Source of the DNA: a virus
Taxonomy: Duplodnaviria; Caudoviricetes
Virus record (IMG/VR): IMGVR_UViG_3300012942_000041
Span: 18,480 to 82,479 of that record
DNA: 64,000 nucleotides
Reading direction: 5' to 3' (one strand)
Shown in pieces: positions 52,886 through 62,231 of this stretch (the stretch's first letter is position 1; every line of letters starts with the position of its first letter). The notes below the pieces were generated by a model. That model saw nothing but the letters and a program-made list of their open reading frames with translations, searched no databases and had not been told where the DNA came from. The translations under genes were made by a program, and so were the position numbers.

Positions 52886-54066
52886 GCGGCGGCCTCCAGT
52901 CCGAGGGCGGGCCGGCAGGCTTCGGCTTGCCAGCGGGCGACGTTGACGGGGACGGCGTTGCCGATCTGGAGCTTCTGGGCGGTCTCGCCGCCCGCGAAGT
53001 GATGGTTGGGGGCGAATCGCTGGGCGGCGGCGCGGGTGCGGACGCCGATGAACCTCACCTCGCAGTCGTCCACGCGGCCGGACGCGGTCGGGCGGACGAG
53101 GAGGTGGTGGTTGCCGCCGGTGATGGTGGAGATCGGCTCGTCCAGGGACTGCACGGTGCAGTGACTGCGGATGATCGCCAGGAACGGGGCGCCCTCGTAC
53201 CGCTCAAGGCCGATCTCGATGCGGCGCAGGGTGGCGTCAACGAACGGCGTGAACTTCTTGCAGTCCTGGCGTCCCGCGCTGACCGGCGTTCCGGGGACGT
53301 CCCAGTCGATGAAGTCGCGGATGCCACGGACGACGGGCTCAACCCGAAGGTGGCAGCGCGGGGTAGGGCAGATGTACCAGTACTGCTTGCCGTAGGTGCC
53401 GATCTTGCGGACGCCGGGCTTGTCGAACTTCTCCGTCCACTGCTGGATACCGCGGACGGGCCCGCACTCGGGGCAGATCGCTTCGGGGCGGGGCCGCAGG
53501 TCAGGGACCGGGAGTCCCTTGCGAGTGAACGCGAACAGGATCCGGTTGCGGTGCTGCGGCGCGGGCGGGTTGCCGGGGCTGCTGATGTGGGCGGCGTCGA
53601 CGGAGGTGAGGGTGATGTTCTTGCCGAGGGCGTCCCAGCCGTGCAGCCAGGTGTCGAACAGGCGCCAGCCGGTCGCGAAGCGGGGGACGTTCTCGCCGAG
53701 GACGACGTCGTAGTCGCGGACTTCGTCGGCGCGAAGCAGGCACCAGGCGGTTGCGCGGGTGAGCCCGTACAGGTCCCTTCGGGCGGGGGCGTCGAGGGTG
53801 TCCTGCCTTGGGGCGGTGGGGTTGCCGCCGGCGGGGCTGATCTCGGTGCAGATCGGGGAGCCGACGAGGACGCGGGTGCGGGGGATGCTGCGGAAGTCGA
53901 GGTTGGTGATGTCGCAGGTCCGGGTGTCGATGCCGGGGAAGTTGGCGCGGACGGTGGCGATCGCGGCTTGGTTGTGGTTGGCGGCGAACAGCGGGGTGTA
54001 TCCGGCGTCGCGGGCGCCGGCGAGGTCTCCAGCGCCGCCGGCGAAGAGGTGGGTGGTGGTGGTCAC
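52882..54066 (-). CDS. C5-cytosine DNA methyltransferase
   Basis: HLFAG.AG (I), GSPICT (IV), ENV (VI), Q.R.R (VIII), QIGNAVP (X). Confidence 0.85.
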   Translation of the reverse strand: MTTTTHLFAGGAGDLAGARDAGYTPLFAANHNQAAIATVRANFPGIDTRTCDITNLDFRSIPRTRVLVGSPICTEISPAGGNPTAPRQDTLDAPARRDLYGLTRATAWCLLRADEVRDYDVVLGENVPRFATGWRLFDTWLHGWDALGKNITLTSVDAAHISSPGNPPAPQHRNRILFAFTRKGLPVPDLRPRPEAICPECGPVRGIQQWTEKFDKPGVRKIGTYGKQYWYICPTPRCHLRVEPVVRGIRDFIDWDVPGTPVSAGRQDCKKFTPFVDATLRRIEIGLERYEGAPFLAIIRSHCTVQSLDEPISTITGGNHHLLVRPTASGRVDDCEVRFIGVRTRAAAQRFAPNHHFAGGETAQKLQIGNAVPVNVARWQAEACRPALGLEAAA

Positions 54067-54215
54067 TGGTCGTCTCCTTCCTGCTTGTGGTGGTCGAGGG
54101 CGAGCCAGGTGATGGTGGCGATGAGGATGGCGGCGGCGAGCGCCAAGGCCGTGTTGGGGTGGGTGAGGGCGAGGAGGACGGCCTGCCAGAACGCGCGGGC
54201 CAGAGCGAGCTTCAC
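54063..54215 (-). CDS. 50-aa membrane protein
   Basis: Hydrophobic; GTGA coupling at both ends. Confidence 0.5.
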   Translation of the reverse strand: MKLALARAFWQAVLLALTHPNTALALAAAILIATITWLALDHHKQEGDDQ

Positions 54216-54958
54216 GCGGCACCGCCGAAGGTGAGCTGGGACAGGCGTCGGGCCGCAGCCTCGGCATAGGGCTCGTGAGCTTCGATGCCGACCGCGCGGC
54301 GGCCGATCATGCGGGCGGTGTCGAGCGTGCTGCCGCTGCCCGCGAACGGGTCAAGGACCAAGCCGCCCGGCGGGCAGGCGTATTCGATCAACGTTCGCAG
54401 GATCGCCGGGGGTTTCTCGGTGGGGTGCAGGCCGCCGCGCACCGAGTTGGCGCGCAGCACCGACCGCAGCAGCCGGGTGCCGTCGTCCTCGTAGACGTGG
54501 GCGCCGATGTCGCCGTAGTGCCGCCCGCGGTTTCCCCTGGCGCGGGTGTGCTTGTCCGGGCCGGTGTACGGGACGCGCGGGGTGTCGTGGTGGATGGACG
54601 CCCAGTCCCCGCGGTACCAGTGCGTCACGACCTCATGGACCCGCTTGAGCCGGTCCGTCGCGAAGCCCGTGCCGTTGGCCTTCTCCCAGATCACGTCCTG
54701 GGACAACTTCCAGCCGGCGGCGGCGAAGTCGTCGCGGCGGTCGAGGAACATCCGCATGGAGCCGAAGCACCACATGCTCTTCGCGGCGCCGGCGGCGAGT
54801 GCGGGCCAGCCGTCGGGCCACCGGTCCCACGCGAGGGTGGTCTCGCCGTAGGGCGGGTCGGTGACGATCGCGTCGACCTGCAGCCCGAGCGTAGGGAGGA
54901 GTTCGCGCATGTCGCCGAGGTAGAGCTGGACGTCGTCGGTCTCGTAGTAGGGGGTCAT
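54212..54958 (-). CDS. N6A/N4C DNA methyltransferase (beta class)
   Basis: TDPPY, HPTEKP, VLDPFAGSGST. Confidence 0.9.
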   Translation of the reverse strand: MTPYYETDDVQLYLGDMRELLPTLGLQVDAIVTDPPYGETTLAWDRWPDGWPALAAGAAKSMWCFGSMRMFLDRRDDFAAAGWKLSQDVIWEKANGTGFATDRLKRVHEVVTHWYRGDWASIHHDTPRVPYTGPDKHTRARGNRGRHYGDIGAHVYEDDGTRLLRSVLRANSVRGGLHPTEKPPAILRTLIEYACPPGGLVLDPFAGSGSTLDTARMIGRRAVGIEAHEPYAEAAARRLSQLTFGGAA

Positions 54959-55521
54959 GCGGCACCGCCGGGCGGGATCGTGCCGCCGTGGGCGTGGGCG
55001 GCGGTGCGGAGGGTGACGACGTTGGAGGGTCCAGGCATGCGGGCGGCGGGGTGGAGGGGGATGGGTTGGGTGTCGCTGACGGCGCGGAGGATCGCGGCCT
55101 GGTCCATGGCCTGGGTTTCCATCACGTCGTGGGTCTTGGGGATGCTCGAACCGGCGCCGAGGTCGAGGGTGACTGCGCGGCGGTTGGCGCGGTCGGCCTC
55201 CAGTTCCCGGAGGCGTGCGGCGAGGCGGTCGTTGGCGTCGATGACGCGCTGGAGGATGTCGGCGGTCTCGTCGGCCTTCCGCACGGCGGCGGCGTGGTCC
55301 TGGCGGGCGCCGGCGAGGTGGTGCTCGAGTTCGTCGATCCGGGCGTTCTGCGCGATGTGCAGCTGGTTGGACGCGTCCAGTTGTTCGCGGAGGGCGGCGA
55401 GTTGGCGGCGGAGGTCGTCGCGTTCGCCGAGGACGCGCTGCCCGGCGGTGGTGTGCAGGCCGGGGGCGCGGCCGGGCTTACTCGGGTTGGTGTCGCGGCG
55501 GATCAGAGCAGTGATGCTCAC
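54955..55521 (-). CDS. Coiled-coil hypothetical protein
   Basis: AGGAG RBS; heptad pattern. Confidence 0.6.
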   Translation of the reverse strand: MSITALIRRDTNPSKPGRAPGLHTTAGQRVLGERDDLRRQLAALREQLDASNQLHIAQNARIDELEHHLAGARQDHAAAVRKADETADILQRVIDANDRLAARLRELEADRANRRAVTLDLGAGSSIPKTHDVMETQAMDQAAILRAVSDTQPIPLHPAARMPGPSNVVTLRTAAHAHGGTIPPGGAA

Positions 55522-55618
55522 GGTGTCTCCTGAGGGTGATGCGGGCGGCTGAGGCGGACGGGACCGGGCCGGGGGCGCGCGGGGGCCAACCCCCGGCCGG
55601 TCACTGCTGTGTCGGCGG

Positions 55619-55867
55619 TTAGGTCGGCTGGTAGCGGACCCACACCGTCGTGCCGTTGTCGGTCCGCTCCGTGCGGGCGTCGAAGGCCCCGGCCGGCGCG
55701 TAGTGCTTCGCGGCTTCGCGGTAGGCGGTGCGGATCCGGAACGCCGCCGAGTCAGCGCCGGACGGGCCTCGGTACTCGCCCAGAGGGATCCACCGGCCGG
55801 GCTGCTGGCGGGCGTTGAACGAGGCGACAGCGTGGTCCACTGCGGGCCGTCGGGCGAGGCGCGGCAC
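55619..55867 (-). CDS. Small protein (paralog of 57041)
   Basis: PGRW...Y.....A...A.RIR...G.F.A......TTVWVRY. Confidence 0.6.
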   Translation of the reverse strand: MPRLARRPAVDHAVASFNARQQPGRWIPLGEYRGPSGADSAAFRIRTAYREAAKHYAPAGAFDARTERTDNGTTVWVRYQPT

Positions 55868-56152
55868 TTACGCCACCTCCCCGCGCGCTGGGGTGGTGCA
55901 GTCGCAGCACTCCGCGCCGTGGTCGGTGAGGATGTGCGCGGTCAGGCCGTGGCGCTGGCACAGCGCGATCTCGTTGGCGTACCAGCCGTCCGGCAGGGCG
56001 TCGGGCAGCGGCATCTGGTCGACAGTGCCGCGCGCCGGCGGGAGCATCCGCACGATCAGGCGGTTAAGGAGGGCCGCGCCGACCACGCCGACGAGGACCA
56101 GGGCCCCGGCGAACGCGAGCATGCCGCCGAGGAGAGCGACGAGGCGACTCAT
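55868..56152 (-). CDS. Membrane-anchored hypothetical protein
   Basis: N-terminal TM; C..H...H...C. Confidence 0.5.
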   Translation of the reverse strand: MSRLVALLGGMLAFAGALVLVGVVGAALLNRLIVRMLPPARGTVDQMPLPDALPDGWYANEIALCQRHGLTAHILTDHGAECCDCTTPARGEVA

Positions 56153-56745
56153 GCGGCACCGCCGGTGGTGATCGCGTCCCACATCGCGCGCACCCAGCGG
56201 GCGTCACCGAGAGCCGTGTGCGCGGCCTCAGGGGTCGGCGCCGGCACACCCAGCGCTTCACCGAGCTCCACCGCGCGCCACGGCCGTGCGAGGGCCTGGT
56301 GGCTGGGCTGGGTGGCGTGGAGGCGACCGGCTGCCATGGCGACCACGCACACCGGCCGGTAGTGCCACGACCGCTCCAGGTTGGTGCGGCGGAGCAGGGC
56401 GGCGAGGTGCCGGTCATCGAACGCCGCGTTGTTTGCGACCAGGACCGCGCCGTCGAGGGTGTCGCGGATGTCGGCCAGGGCCTCGTCGAGGTCGAGGTTG
56501 AAACGGGTCCCTCGGGTGGGGGACAGGGCGCAGGCGTCCCAGTCATCGGCGACGCGGAACCGCTCCTCGTAGCGCCCGACTTCGAGCGCCTTGGCGTTGG
56601 CGGTGGTGAGGTCGGGGCGGATCTGCCACAGGTACTCGACGTCGGGCATGCCCGGGCGGCGGACGATCGCGGCGACCTCCCACACGTGGTGGCGGTGGCT
56701 GTTCAGGCCCGTTGTTTCCGTGTCAACGAAAACGATCTTGTTCAC
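56149..56745 (-). CDS. DEDDh 3'-5' exonuclease
   Basis: FVDTETTGL, N.AFD, HTALGDA. Confidence 0.9.
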   Translation of the reverse strand: MNKIVFVDTETTGLNSHRHHVWEVAAIVRRPGMPDVEYLWQIRPDLTTANAKALEVGRYEERFRVADDWDACALSPTRGTRFNLDLDEALADIRDTLDGAVLVANNAAFDDRHLAALLRRTNLERSWHYRPVCVVAMAAGRLHATQPSHQALARPWRAVELGEALGVPAPTPEAAHTALGDARWVRAMWDAITTGGAA

Positions 56746-57044
56746 AGCAATCCTCCTCCCTCGGCCTGGCGGCCCTTGATGTCCTCCGAGACCGCGGCGA
56801 GCGCCGCGTCCCGCTCAGCCGCCACCGCGGCCAACTCCGCCTTGAGCGCGTCGACCTGGGCGAGCGCCGCCCGTTCCCGCGCGAGCGCCTCATCCCGCAG
56901 CCGCACCGCCGTCGCCGTGCCGGCCCGCGCCAGCTTCAGTGCTTCCGCGCACGAGACGGCGTGGCGGTGGTGGTCGGTGAGGGCGTCGCCATACACCTCC
57001 AGCGCGGCCTGCGCGTCCGCGAGATCCCGTCGGGCGCCCATCAC
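56742..57044 (-). CDS. Coiled-coil hypothetical protein
   Basis: Translational coupling. Confidence 0.5.
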   Translation of the reverse strand: MMGARRDLADAQAALEVYGDALTDHHRHAVSCAEALKLARAGTATAVRLRDEALARERAALAQVDALKAELAAVAAERDAALAAVSEDIKGRQAEGGGLL

Positions 57045-57322
57045 GCCACCACCCGTCCGACGTAGCGGACGAACACCGTGGTCTGCCCGGCGATGGTGTG
57101 GACCTCCGCCTCAAAGTCCCCCGCCGCGCCCCAGGAAGCGCGGTCGCTGCTGGAGCGGGGGTTGCGGATCCGCCACGCGGTGGTCCGGGCGGTGTCGGGC
57201 TTGGCGTAGGCGCCGAAGATCGCCCACCGGCCCGGGTTCACCCGCAGCTCCCCGATGAACCTGCGCCGCAACTCCTCGCGCGGCGGTGCGCCGACGGGCT
57301 CGAAGTACCTGAGCTCGATCAC
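57041..57322 (-). CDS. Small protein (paralog of 55619)
   Basis: NPGRWA...A...AWRIR...GDFEA......TVFVRYVG. Confidence 0.6.
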   Translation of the reverse strand: MIELRYFEPVGAPPREELRRRFIGELRVNPGRWAIFGAYAKPDTARTTAWRIRNPRSSSDRASWGAAGDFEAEVHTIAGQTTVFVRYVGRVVA

Positions 57323-57481
57323 CGCACACCCCCAACGATCCGGCGGAGCTGCTGCACCGCCACCGCGATCAGGCCGACCGCCATCCACGTGCCCAGCAGG
57401 CCGCAGATCACGTCCGACGCGAACGCCGCGAAGTCGTTCATGGCGCGTTCTCCTCTCATGATCAATTGGGTAGGGTCCGGG

Positions 57482-57518
57482 GCGGGGTCCCGCCGAATTC
57501 CCGTCGGCGGGACCCCGC
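57482..57518 (-). terminator. 15-bp perfect stem-loop after recombinase
   Basis: GCGGGGTCCCGCCGA-N7-TCGGCGGGACCCCGC. Confidence 0.7.
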
Positions 57519-57528
57519 ACCTCCGGGG

Positions 57529-58422
57529 TTAGTCCTGGCCGGCGCCGTCGCGGACGCGGGCGGCGATGTCCCGCAGCACATGCGCCGGGGTCTCGGAGAT
57601 CGGCAGGCCGGTGTACTGCTGCACGAGCTGTTCGAGCTGCTCGCGGGTGGCGTTCGGCGCGGCGGCCTCCAGCTCGGCGACAGCCGCCGCGTGCCCGTCG
57701 TCGGCGTCGTCCGTGACCCGCTCGACCGTCGCCGTCCCCCACGCATCCACCGCGGCGGGCTCGGGGGCGGGGTTGCCGAGGATCTCCGCCGCCGTCACCC
57801 GGCGCGGCGCCTGCGACACGTCAGAGCGGTGCGGCAGACGGTCCTCCGCAAGCTCCTCGGAGGCGTAAGGCATCGCGTACAGCACGTCAGCGGCAATCAG
57901 GCGGCACAGCTCACCGGTCGCCCGAGCGATCAGCATCGTCTGCGGCTGCTTCTTCCACTGGTCCTTGCCCAGCAGCCCCAGCTTCTCGGCGCGCTGCACC
58001 GTCCAGGTGACGGTCTGCCAGTTCTCCGAGCCCTTCCGCCGTCCGCGCATCACGCACCGCTCCGGCGTGGACTCCACCAGAACGATGTCGTGGCCGTGAC
58101 CCTGCACCAGCCCACGCATCGCGTGAGCCCGCAGCGTCGGCGTGCCCTGGATGACGTCGATCGACTTCAACGTCGCCATCGGCTCCAGCCCCAGCTCCCG
58201 GCCGGCGAGGATCGCCGCGGCGATCTCCTGCGGCTTCCCCTTGAGGGACCCGGGAACGAAGCTCGTCGCGGCGAGGCGCTGCGCGATCTCGTAGGCGGCG
58301 TCGGACTGCTGCGCCCACGCCACCAGATCCGCCACCGGCGACTCCACCGGCTGCCGCTGCTCCATCGCGGCGGCGGCGGTGGCGGCGGGCATGTGCTGTT
58401 CAGGGACAGCGAGTTCAGACAT
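57529..58422 (-). CDS. RecT-like single-strand annealing protein
   Basis: TSFVP..LKGKP..IAAAILAG.ELGL.PM..L.SI.VI.G.P...W.K.P..ML.ARA; paired with exonuclease. Confidence 0.75.
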   Translation of the reverse strand: MSELAVPEQHMPAATAAAAMEQRQPVESPVADLVAWAQQSDAAYEIAQRLAATSFVPGSLKGKPQEIAAAILAGRELGLEPMATLKSIDVIQGTPTLRAHAMRGLVQGHGHDIVLVESTPERCVMRGRRKGSENWQTVTWTVQRAEKLGLLGKDQWKKQPQTMLIARATGELCRLIAADVLYAMPYASEELAEDRLPHRSDVSQAPRRVTAAEILGNPAPEPAAVDAWGTATVERVTDDADDGHAAAVAELEAAAPNATREQLEQLVQQYTGLPISETPAHVLRDIAARVRDGAGQD

Positions 58423-58430
58423 GGATCCTC

Positions 58431-59309
58431 CTAGTGGTATTCGCGTTCGTGCTCGGTCTCCAGCCACGCGGGCGGGGCGACCATGTCGACGTCCGTGCCG
58501 TATCCCGGCCAGACGTCGCGTTCCTTGCAGCGGGCGTAGATCGTGCGGGCGCGGTGGTTGCGGTCCTCCGCCATCAGCCGCCACATCGTCGACAGCTCGA
58601 TCACGTTGACCAGGTACGGCGGGGTCTTCTCGATCAGCACGAACACGAACGCCGGGTCCTCAGCCAGACCGACCGCCTCCATCCCGGAGCGGTACCACTG
58701 GTCCTGCGCGTCGTACCGGTACTCATGGACAGCCCGGTTGAACGCCTTCGGGTCCGCCGACACGCACGTCTTCAAATCGGCTGCGATCAGCCGGCCGCCG
58801 TCGGTTGCGGGCAACCAGTCCAGGCGAGCCCGGCACTGCACACCGGTGCGCTGGTCGTTCCAGTACAGGGACTGCTCCGGCTTGCCGCCCCGCTCCGGGT
58901 CGAACAGGGCCGCGGCCACGGGGTGCTGGCGGATCGCGGCGGCCATCGCGGTGACCGCGTCGTACTCGGCCTGCTTGAGGGGGACCGCGCCCCGGGCCCG
59001 GATCTCCGCGATCTCCGCCTTGACGTCGGCGGTGTCCCAGCGTTCCCGGCCGCCACCGGGGACGACGAGTTCGGGGCCGTCGCCGAGGACGAGCTTGTGC
59101 GCCGCCGTCCCGACGTCGAATGCCTTGCGGGGCGCCGGCGGGTGGTCGAGGTCCCACTTGAACTTCGCCGGGCACGACGGCGGCAACAGCTTGCGGGCTC
59201 CGGTCGAGGACAGGGACTCCCGGTCCGCGTGGTACTCGTCGGCGGTGATGTCGGGGTAGACGCCGGGCTGGCGGCCCGCGACGGGCAGGGGTTCGGCGAC
59301 GGCGGTCAC
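58431..59309 (-). CDS. RecE/exonuclease VIII-like PD-(D/E)XK nuclease
   Basis: YHAD..SLSS.G, GTAAH..VL, EQS.YW.D...CRARLD...DLKT. Confidence 0.85.
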   Translation of the reverse strand: MTAVAEPLPVAGRQPGVYPDITADEYHADRESLSSTGARKLLPPSCPAKFKWDLDHPPAPRKAFDVGTAAHKLVLGDGPELVVPGGGRERWDTADVKAEIAEIRARGAVPLKQAEYDAVTAMAAAIRQHPVAAALFDPERGGKPEQSLYWNDQRTGVQCRARLDWLPATDGGRLIAADLKTCVSADPKAFNRAVHEYRYDAQDQWYRSGMEAVGLAEDPAFVFVLIEKTPPYLVNVIELSTMWRLMAEDRNHRARTIYARCKERDVWPGYGTDVDMVAPPAWLETEHEREYH

Positions 59310-59824
59310 GCGGTCACCGCCGGCGTGGTGTAGGCGGGGCGGAGCCACAGCACTGTGGCGCAGTCCCAGGAGTAGAGGTTGGGGCGGGTGAAGCGGGTCT
59401 CCCACATGCCGGTCTGGGTGAGGTAGAAGGCGTCCCAGTTGCCGGCCAACCGGTTCCAGTCGGGGAACCGCATGCCGAACTGGTCGACCGGGTACGCGGC
59501 GGTGACGGCTTCGAGGTCGGCGAGGGAGCCGACGTAGAGGACCCGAGCGTCGGGGGCGGGCTGGATCGGCACGAACAGGGCGTTCTCGGCGACCGACGGC
59601 ATCTCGTCGGCGCACCAGTCCGTCCACGCCGTGCTGGCGATGCCGCCGCCGGGGTGGCGGCGGGTGACCGGGGCGGTCCACAGGCCGCCCGCCAGGGGCT
59701 TGACGTGGTGCTCGTCCTGCGGGATCGGCCGGAAGTGCTCCGGGCTGGTGAGCGCGGGGTCGTGTTCGGGGCCGTGGGCGTAGGCCAGGGCGGGAAGTTC
59801 GCGGGCCGGGATGGTGGGGAGCAT
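59306..59824 (-). CDS. Hypothetical protein (possible ART-like fold)
   Basis: H...KP..GGLWT.P...W.DWC...DW......DA..L...SWDC.T. Confidence 0.6.
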   Translation of the reverse strand: MLPTIPARELPALAYAHGPEHDPALTSPEHFRPIPQDEHHVKPLAGGLWTAPVTRRHPGGGIASTAWTDWCADEMPSVAENALFVPIQPAPDARVLYVGSLADLEAVTAAYPVDQFGMRFPDWNRLAGNWDAFYLTQTGMWETRFTRPNLYSWDCATVLWLRPAYTTPAVTA

Positions 59825-60216
59825 CACGCGGCCCTCCCCGGCTTGGCTCCGGCGCGGATGCGGGCGGAGAGGGTGTCGCGGGCGGCCTGGAGGAGCTGCG
59901 CCGAGAGGGCGCGGGCCGGGGTCTCGTTCAGGCGGGCCCGGATGTCGACCGGGTCGAGGCCGGCGCGGATCTGGTCGCGCAGCTGGGCGGCCCGGTTCTG
60001 CCAGTACTCCGACTCGCTGTGCCCGGCCTCGTACTCGGCCTGGTCGTTCGCCTCGTGGAGGTCGGTGAGGTCCTCCACCAGCCGCGCCGGGTCCTCGCAG
60101 TTCGCGACGAGGGCGGCGAGCACGTCCAGCAGGTCGGTGGTCGACAGCGCGTCGGGGACGGTGAGGTCGACGGCGAACCACAACGGGTCGCTCTTCGCGG
60201 TGATCGGGGTGCTCAT
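59824..60216 (-). CDS. Hypothetical protein
   Basis: Translational coupling. Confidence 0.55.
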   Translation of the reverse strand: MSTPITAKSDPLWFAVDLTVPDALSTTDLLDVLAALVANCEDPARLVEDLTDLHEANDQAEYEAGHSESEYWQNRAAQLRDQIRAGLDPVDIRARLNETPARALSAQLLQAARDTLSARIRAGAKPGRAA

Positions 60217-60482
60217 GCCGCCACTCCCATCGTGAGGATGCCGCGATCCGCGAGACCGACAGCAACCAGGTGGGGCCAGTTCGGGTGGTCCAGGCAGCGC
60301 AGGTGCTCACACGCGATGGCGTGCGCGGCCTGAGCGGTCGTGACGCCGTCCGCGAGAAGCCCCTCCGCGTCCAGGGCCTCCGCCCGCTCCATCTCCGGGT
60401 CCGGCATCGGCCACGGCGAGCCGATCTCAGCGGTCACGATCGTGATCTCCGCCCGCTCGATCAGGCGCTGAAACTCAGTCAC
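60213..60482 (-). CDS. Hypothetical protein
   Basis: Translational coupling. Confidence 0.55.
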   Translation of the reverse strand: MTEFQRLIERAEITIVTAEIGSPWPMPDPEMERAEALDAEGLLADGVTTAQAAHAIACEHLRCLDHPNWPHLVAVGLADRGILTMGVAA

Positions 60483-60781
60483 GCCGCCACCGCCTTGTGG
60501 GAGTAGGTGCCGACGATGACGATCCGCGCGTCCCGCCACACCGTGTGGCAGAACTGCACGTCGGCCTCCCCGCAGCGGGTGACGGTGCCGAGCGTTCCGC
60601 CGAGCGCGGCGTGACAGGCGGCCAGCGCGTCGGGCGAGCTGACGTGGAGCCGCAGGTACCGGGAGTCGCTCTCGGCGACCATCCGCAGAATCGGCAGCTC
60701 GGGGTACGCGGTGAGGAGCTCGACCTGCGCGGCCACCAGGCCGTGCAAGGCGTTCCGGGTAGGCTGATGGGGCATAGCCAT
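60479..60781 (-). CDS. Hypothetical protein
   Basis: Operon context. Confidence 0.55.
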   Translation of the reverse strand: MAMPHQPTRNALHGLVAAQVELLTAYPELPILRMVAESDSRYLRLHVSSPDALAACHAALGGTLGTVTRCGEADVQFCHTVWRDARIVIVGTYSHKAVAA

Positions 60782-60859
60782 CTCGCTTCTCTTGTGCTGG
60801 TGGTTGGCTGTGCGTAGGGCCGGTTTCCTGGGCTGCACCCCGGGGCCGGCCCGCCTGCG

Positions 60860-61147
60860 TTAGGCGGCGCGGCGGTTGTGCTGGCGGGGGATGACGATGT
60901 CCGGGCGGGCCTTGCGGACGGTGGCCGGCGCCTCGGGGGCCGGGTCGGGGGTCCGGCCGGGGAGTTCGAATCCGGCCAGATACTCGGCGATCCACTCGGG
61001 GCGGTAGGCGAGGCGGCCGTTGATGACGGCGGAGCGGCATCCGGTCTTGCGTTGCCGCCAGGTGTGGAGGGTGCGGACCTCGACGCCGAGCTGTTCGGCG
61101 GCGGCTTCCTTGTCGAGGTAGCCGGGGGGGAGCTTGCGGGCTGCCAT
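60860..61147 (-). CDS. HTH DNA-binding protein (excisionase-like)
   Basis: YL...AAAEQLGV.VRTL..WR......GRL.Y....I..YL; AGGAGG RBS. Confidence 0.75.
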   Translation of the reverse strand: MAARKLPPGYLDKEAAAEQLGVEVRTLHTWRQRKTGCRSAVINGRLAYRPEWIAEYLAGFELPGRTPDPAPEAPATVRKARPDIVIPRQHNRRAA

Positions 61148-61187
61148 TGCGACCTCCTGTCGCTTCTACGGAGACGTTCTGTCTCTA

Positions 61188-61433
61188 TTACGGAGACGTT
61201 GGGGGCGCGAAGAGCACCAAGACGGCGGTGCCGAGGGCCTCCGAGAGTGCGTGTGCGGTGTCTGCGGTGGTGCTGGTGGTCGCGCCTGAGAGGAGCCGGC
61301 CGACGAGGCTGTGTGAGCAGCCTGCGGCGTCTCCGAGGGTTCGGGTGGTGTAGGGCACGCCGGTTCCGGGGTGGTTCATGATCCAGCGGAGGATGTCGCG
61401 GTCCCGGAGTGCGTATTGGACGGGTCGTGGCAT
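61188..61433 (-). CDS. Cro-like XRE HTH protein
   Basis: YT.R.L.DAAGCSHSL.G.LLSG....A..L.EALG.AVLVLF.P. Confidence 0.75.
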   Translation of the reverse strand: MPRPVQYALRDRDILRWIMNHPGTGVPYTTRTLGDAAGCSHSLVGRLLSGATTSTTADTAHALSEALGTAVLVLFAPPTSP

Positions 61434-61674
61434 GTCGCGCCTTCCACGACAGGCTGTCGCTGTCGTGCAGACAGCATGCCACTGTGTTACGTCACTTGTC
61501 TAGCTTTCTGCGACGGTCGGCGCGGCTCAAACGCGTGTGGGAGGGGTGAGACACGTCGGCCCCGCGTAGACATCCTGTCTCAGACCTGAGACGCTGTGTC
61601 TTGCTGACCAGCATTTATACGGCGCGCCACGGGGAGCGCGGGAGACAAGAAGACCAAAGCGACCAAGGGTGACC
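61434..61674. promoter_or_regulatory. Divergent immunity control region
   Basis: Lower-GC gap between divergent HTH genes; GTCTCAG-AC-CTGAGAC at 61577-61592. Confidence 0.6.
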
Positions 61675-62073
61675 ATGGGAGACGACCGGAACACCGAAGC
61701 TCTCACCAACCTCGTCCGCGAAGCCCTCGACGAACCAGGGGTCTCCCTCAGGACCCTCGCCGCACGAACCGCCGACCAGGCCGGCCGCGACCGCATCAAC
61801 AAGGACTACTGGCAACGCCTGTCCAAGGGCACCATGGTCAACGCCCCCTCCGCCGAAGACCTCGAACTCATCGCCGCAGCACTCCGGCGCCCCGTGAACG
61901 TCATCAAGGCCGCTGCGGCGCGGCAGTGGCTGGCGTGGGAGCCGGTGGAGCTGTCGGGGTACAGCGACGATGTCCGGCAGATCCTGCTGCGGGTGCAGGC
62001 GATGCCGCCTGAGGATCAGGCTCGGGCTCGGGCGTTGATGGATGCCTTGGGGGACGCTGCGAAGAACCAGTGA
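61675..62073 (+). CDS. Immunity repressor (XRE-like)
   Basis: SLRTLAART.D...L.KG....P....L..IAAAL..P...IK.AAA.QW; divergent from Cro-like gene. Confidence 0.75.
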   Translation: MGDDRNTEALTNLVREALDEPGVSLRTLAARTADQAGRDRINKDYWQRLSKGTMVNAPSAEDLELIAAALRRPVNVIKAAAARQWLAWEPVELSGYSDDVRQILLRVQAMPPEDQARARALMDALGDAAKNQ

Positions 62074-62231
62074 GCGGCAAGTGGTACCCCTGTTGTCGGA
62101 GTTGACTGGTTGGGGTCGGTTTCGCTGTTGTGGTTGACAGACCATCACCCTAGGTCTTCACAATCTGTTCGCAACCAGAACAGGAATCTTCGCGTCACCG
62201 CCTGTGAACCCTCAGCACTCCGGGAGCCGCC

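Noticed and set aside
62165-62183. LexA/SOS box upstream of the integrase operon (CTGTTC-N7-GAACAG)
   Set aside because: Half-site orientation and spacing do not match the actinobacterial GAAC-N4-GTTC consensus; it may be another operator, but this is unsupported.
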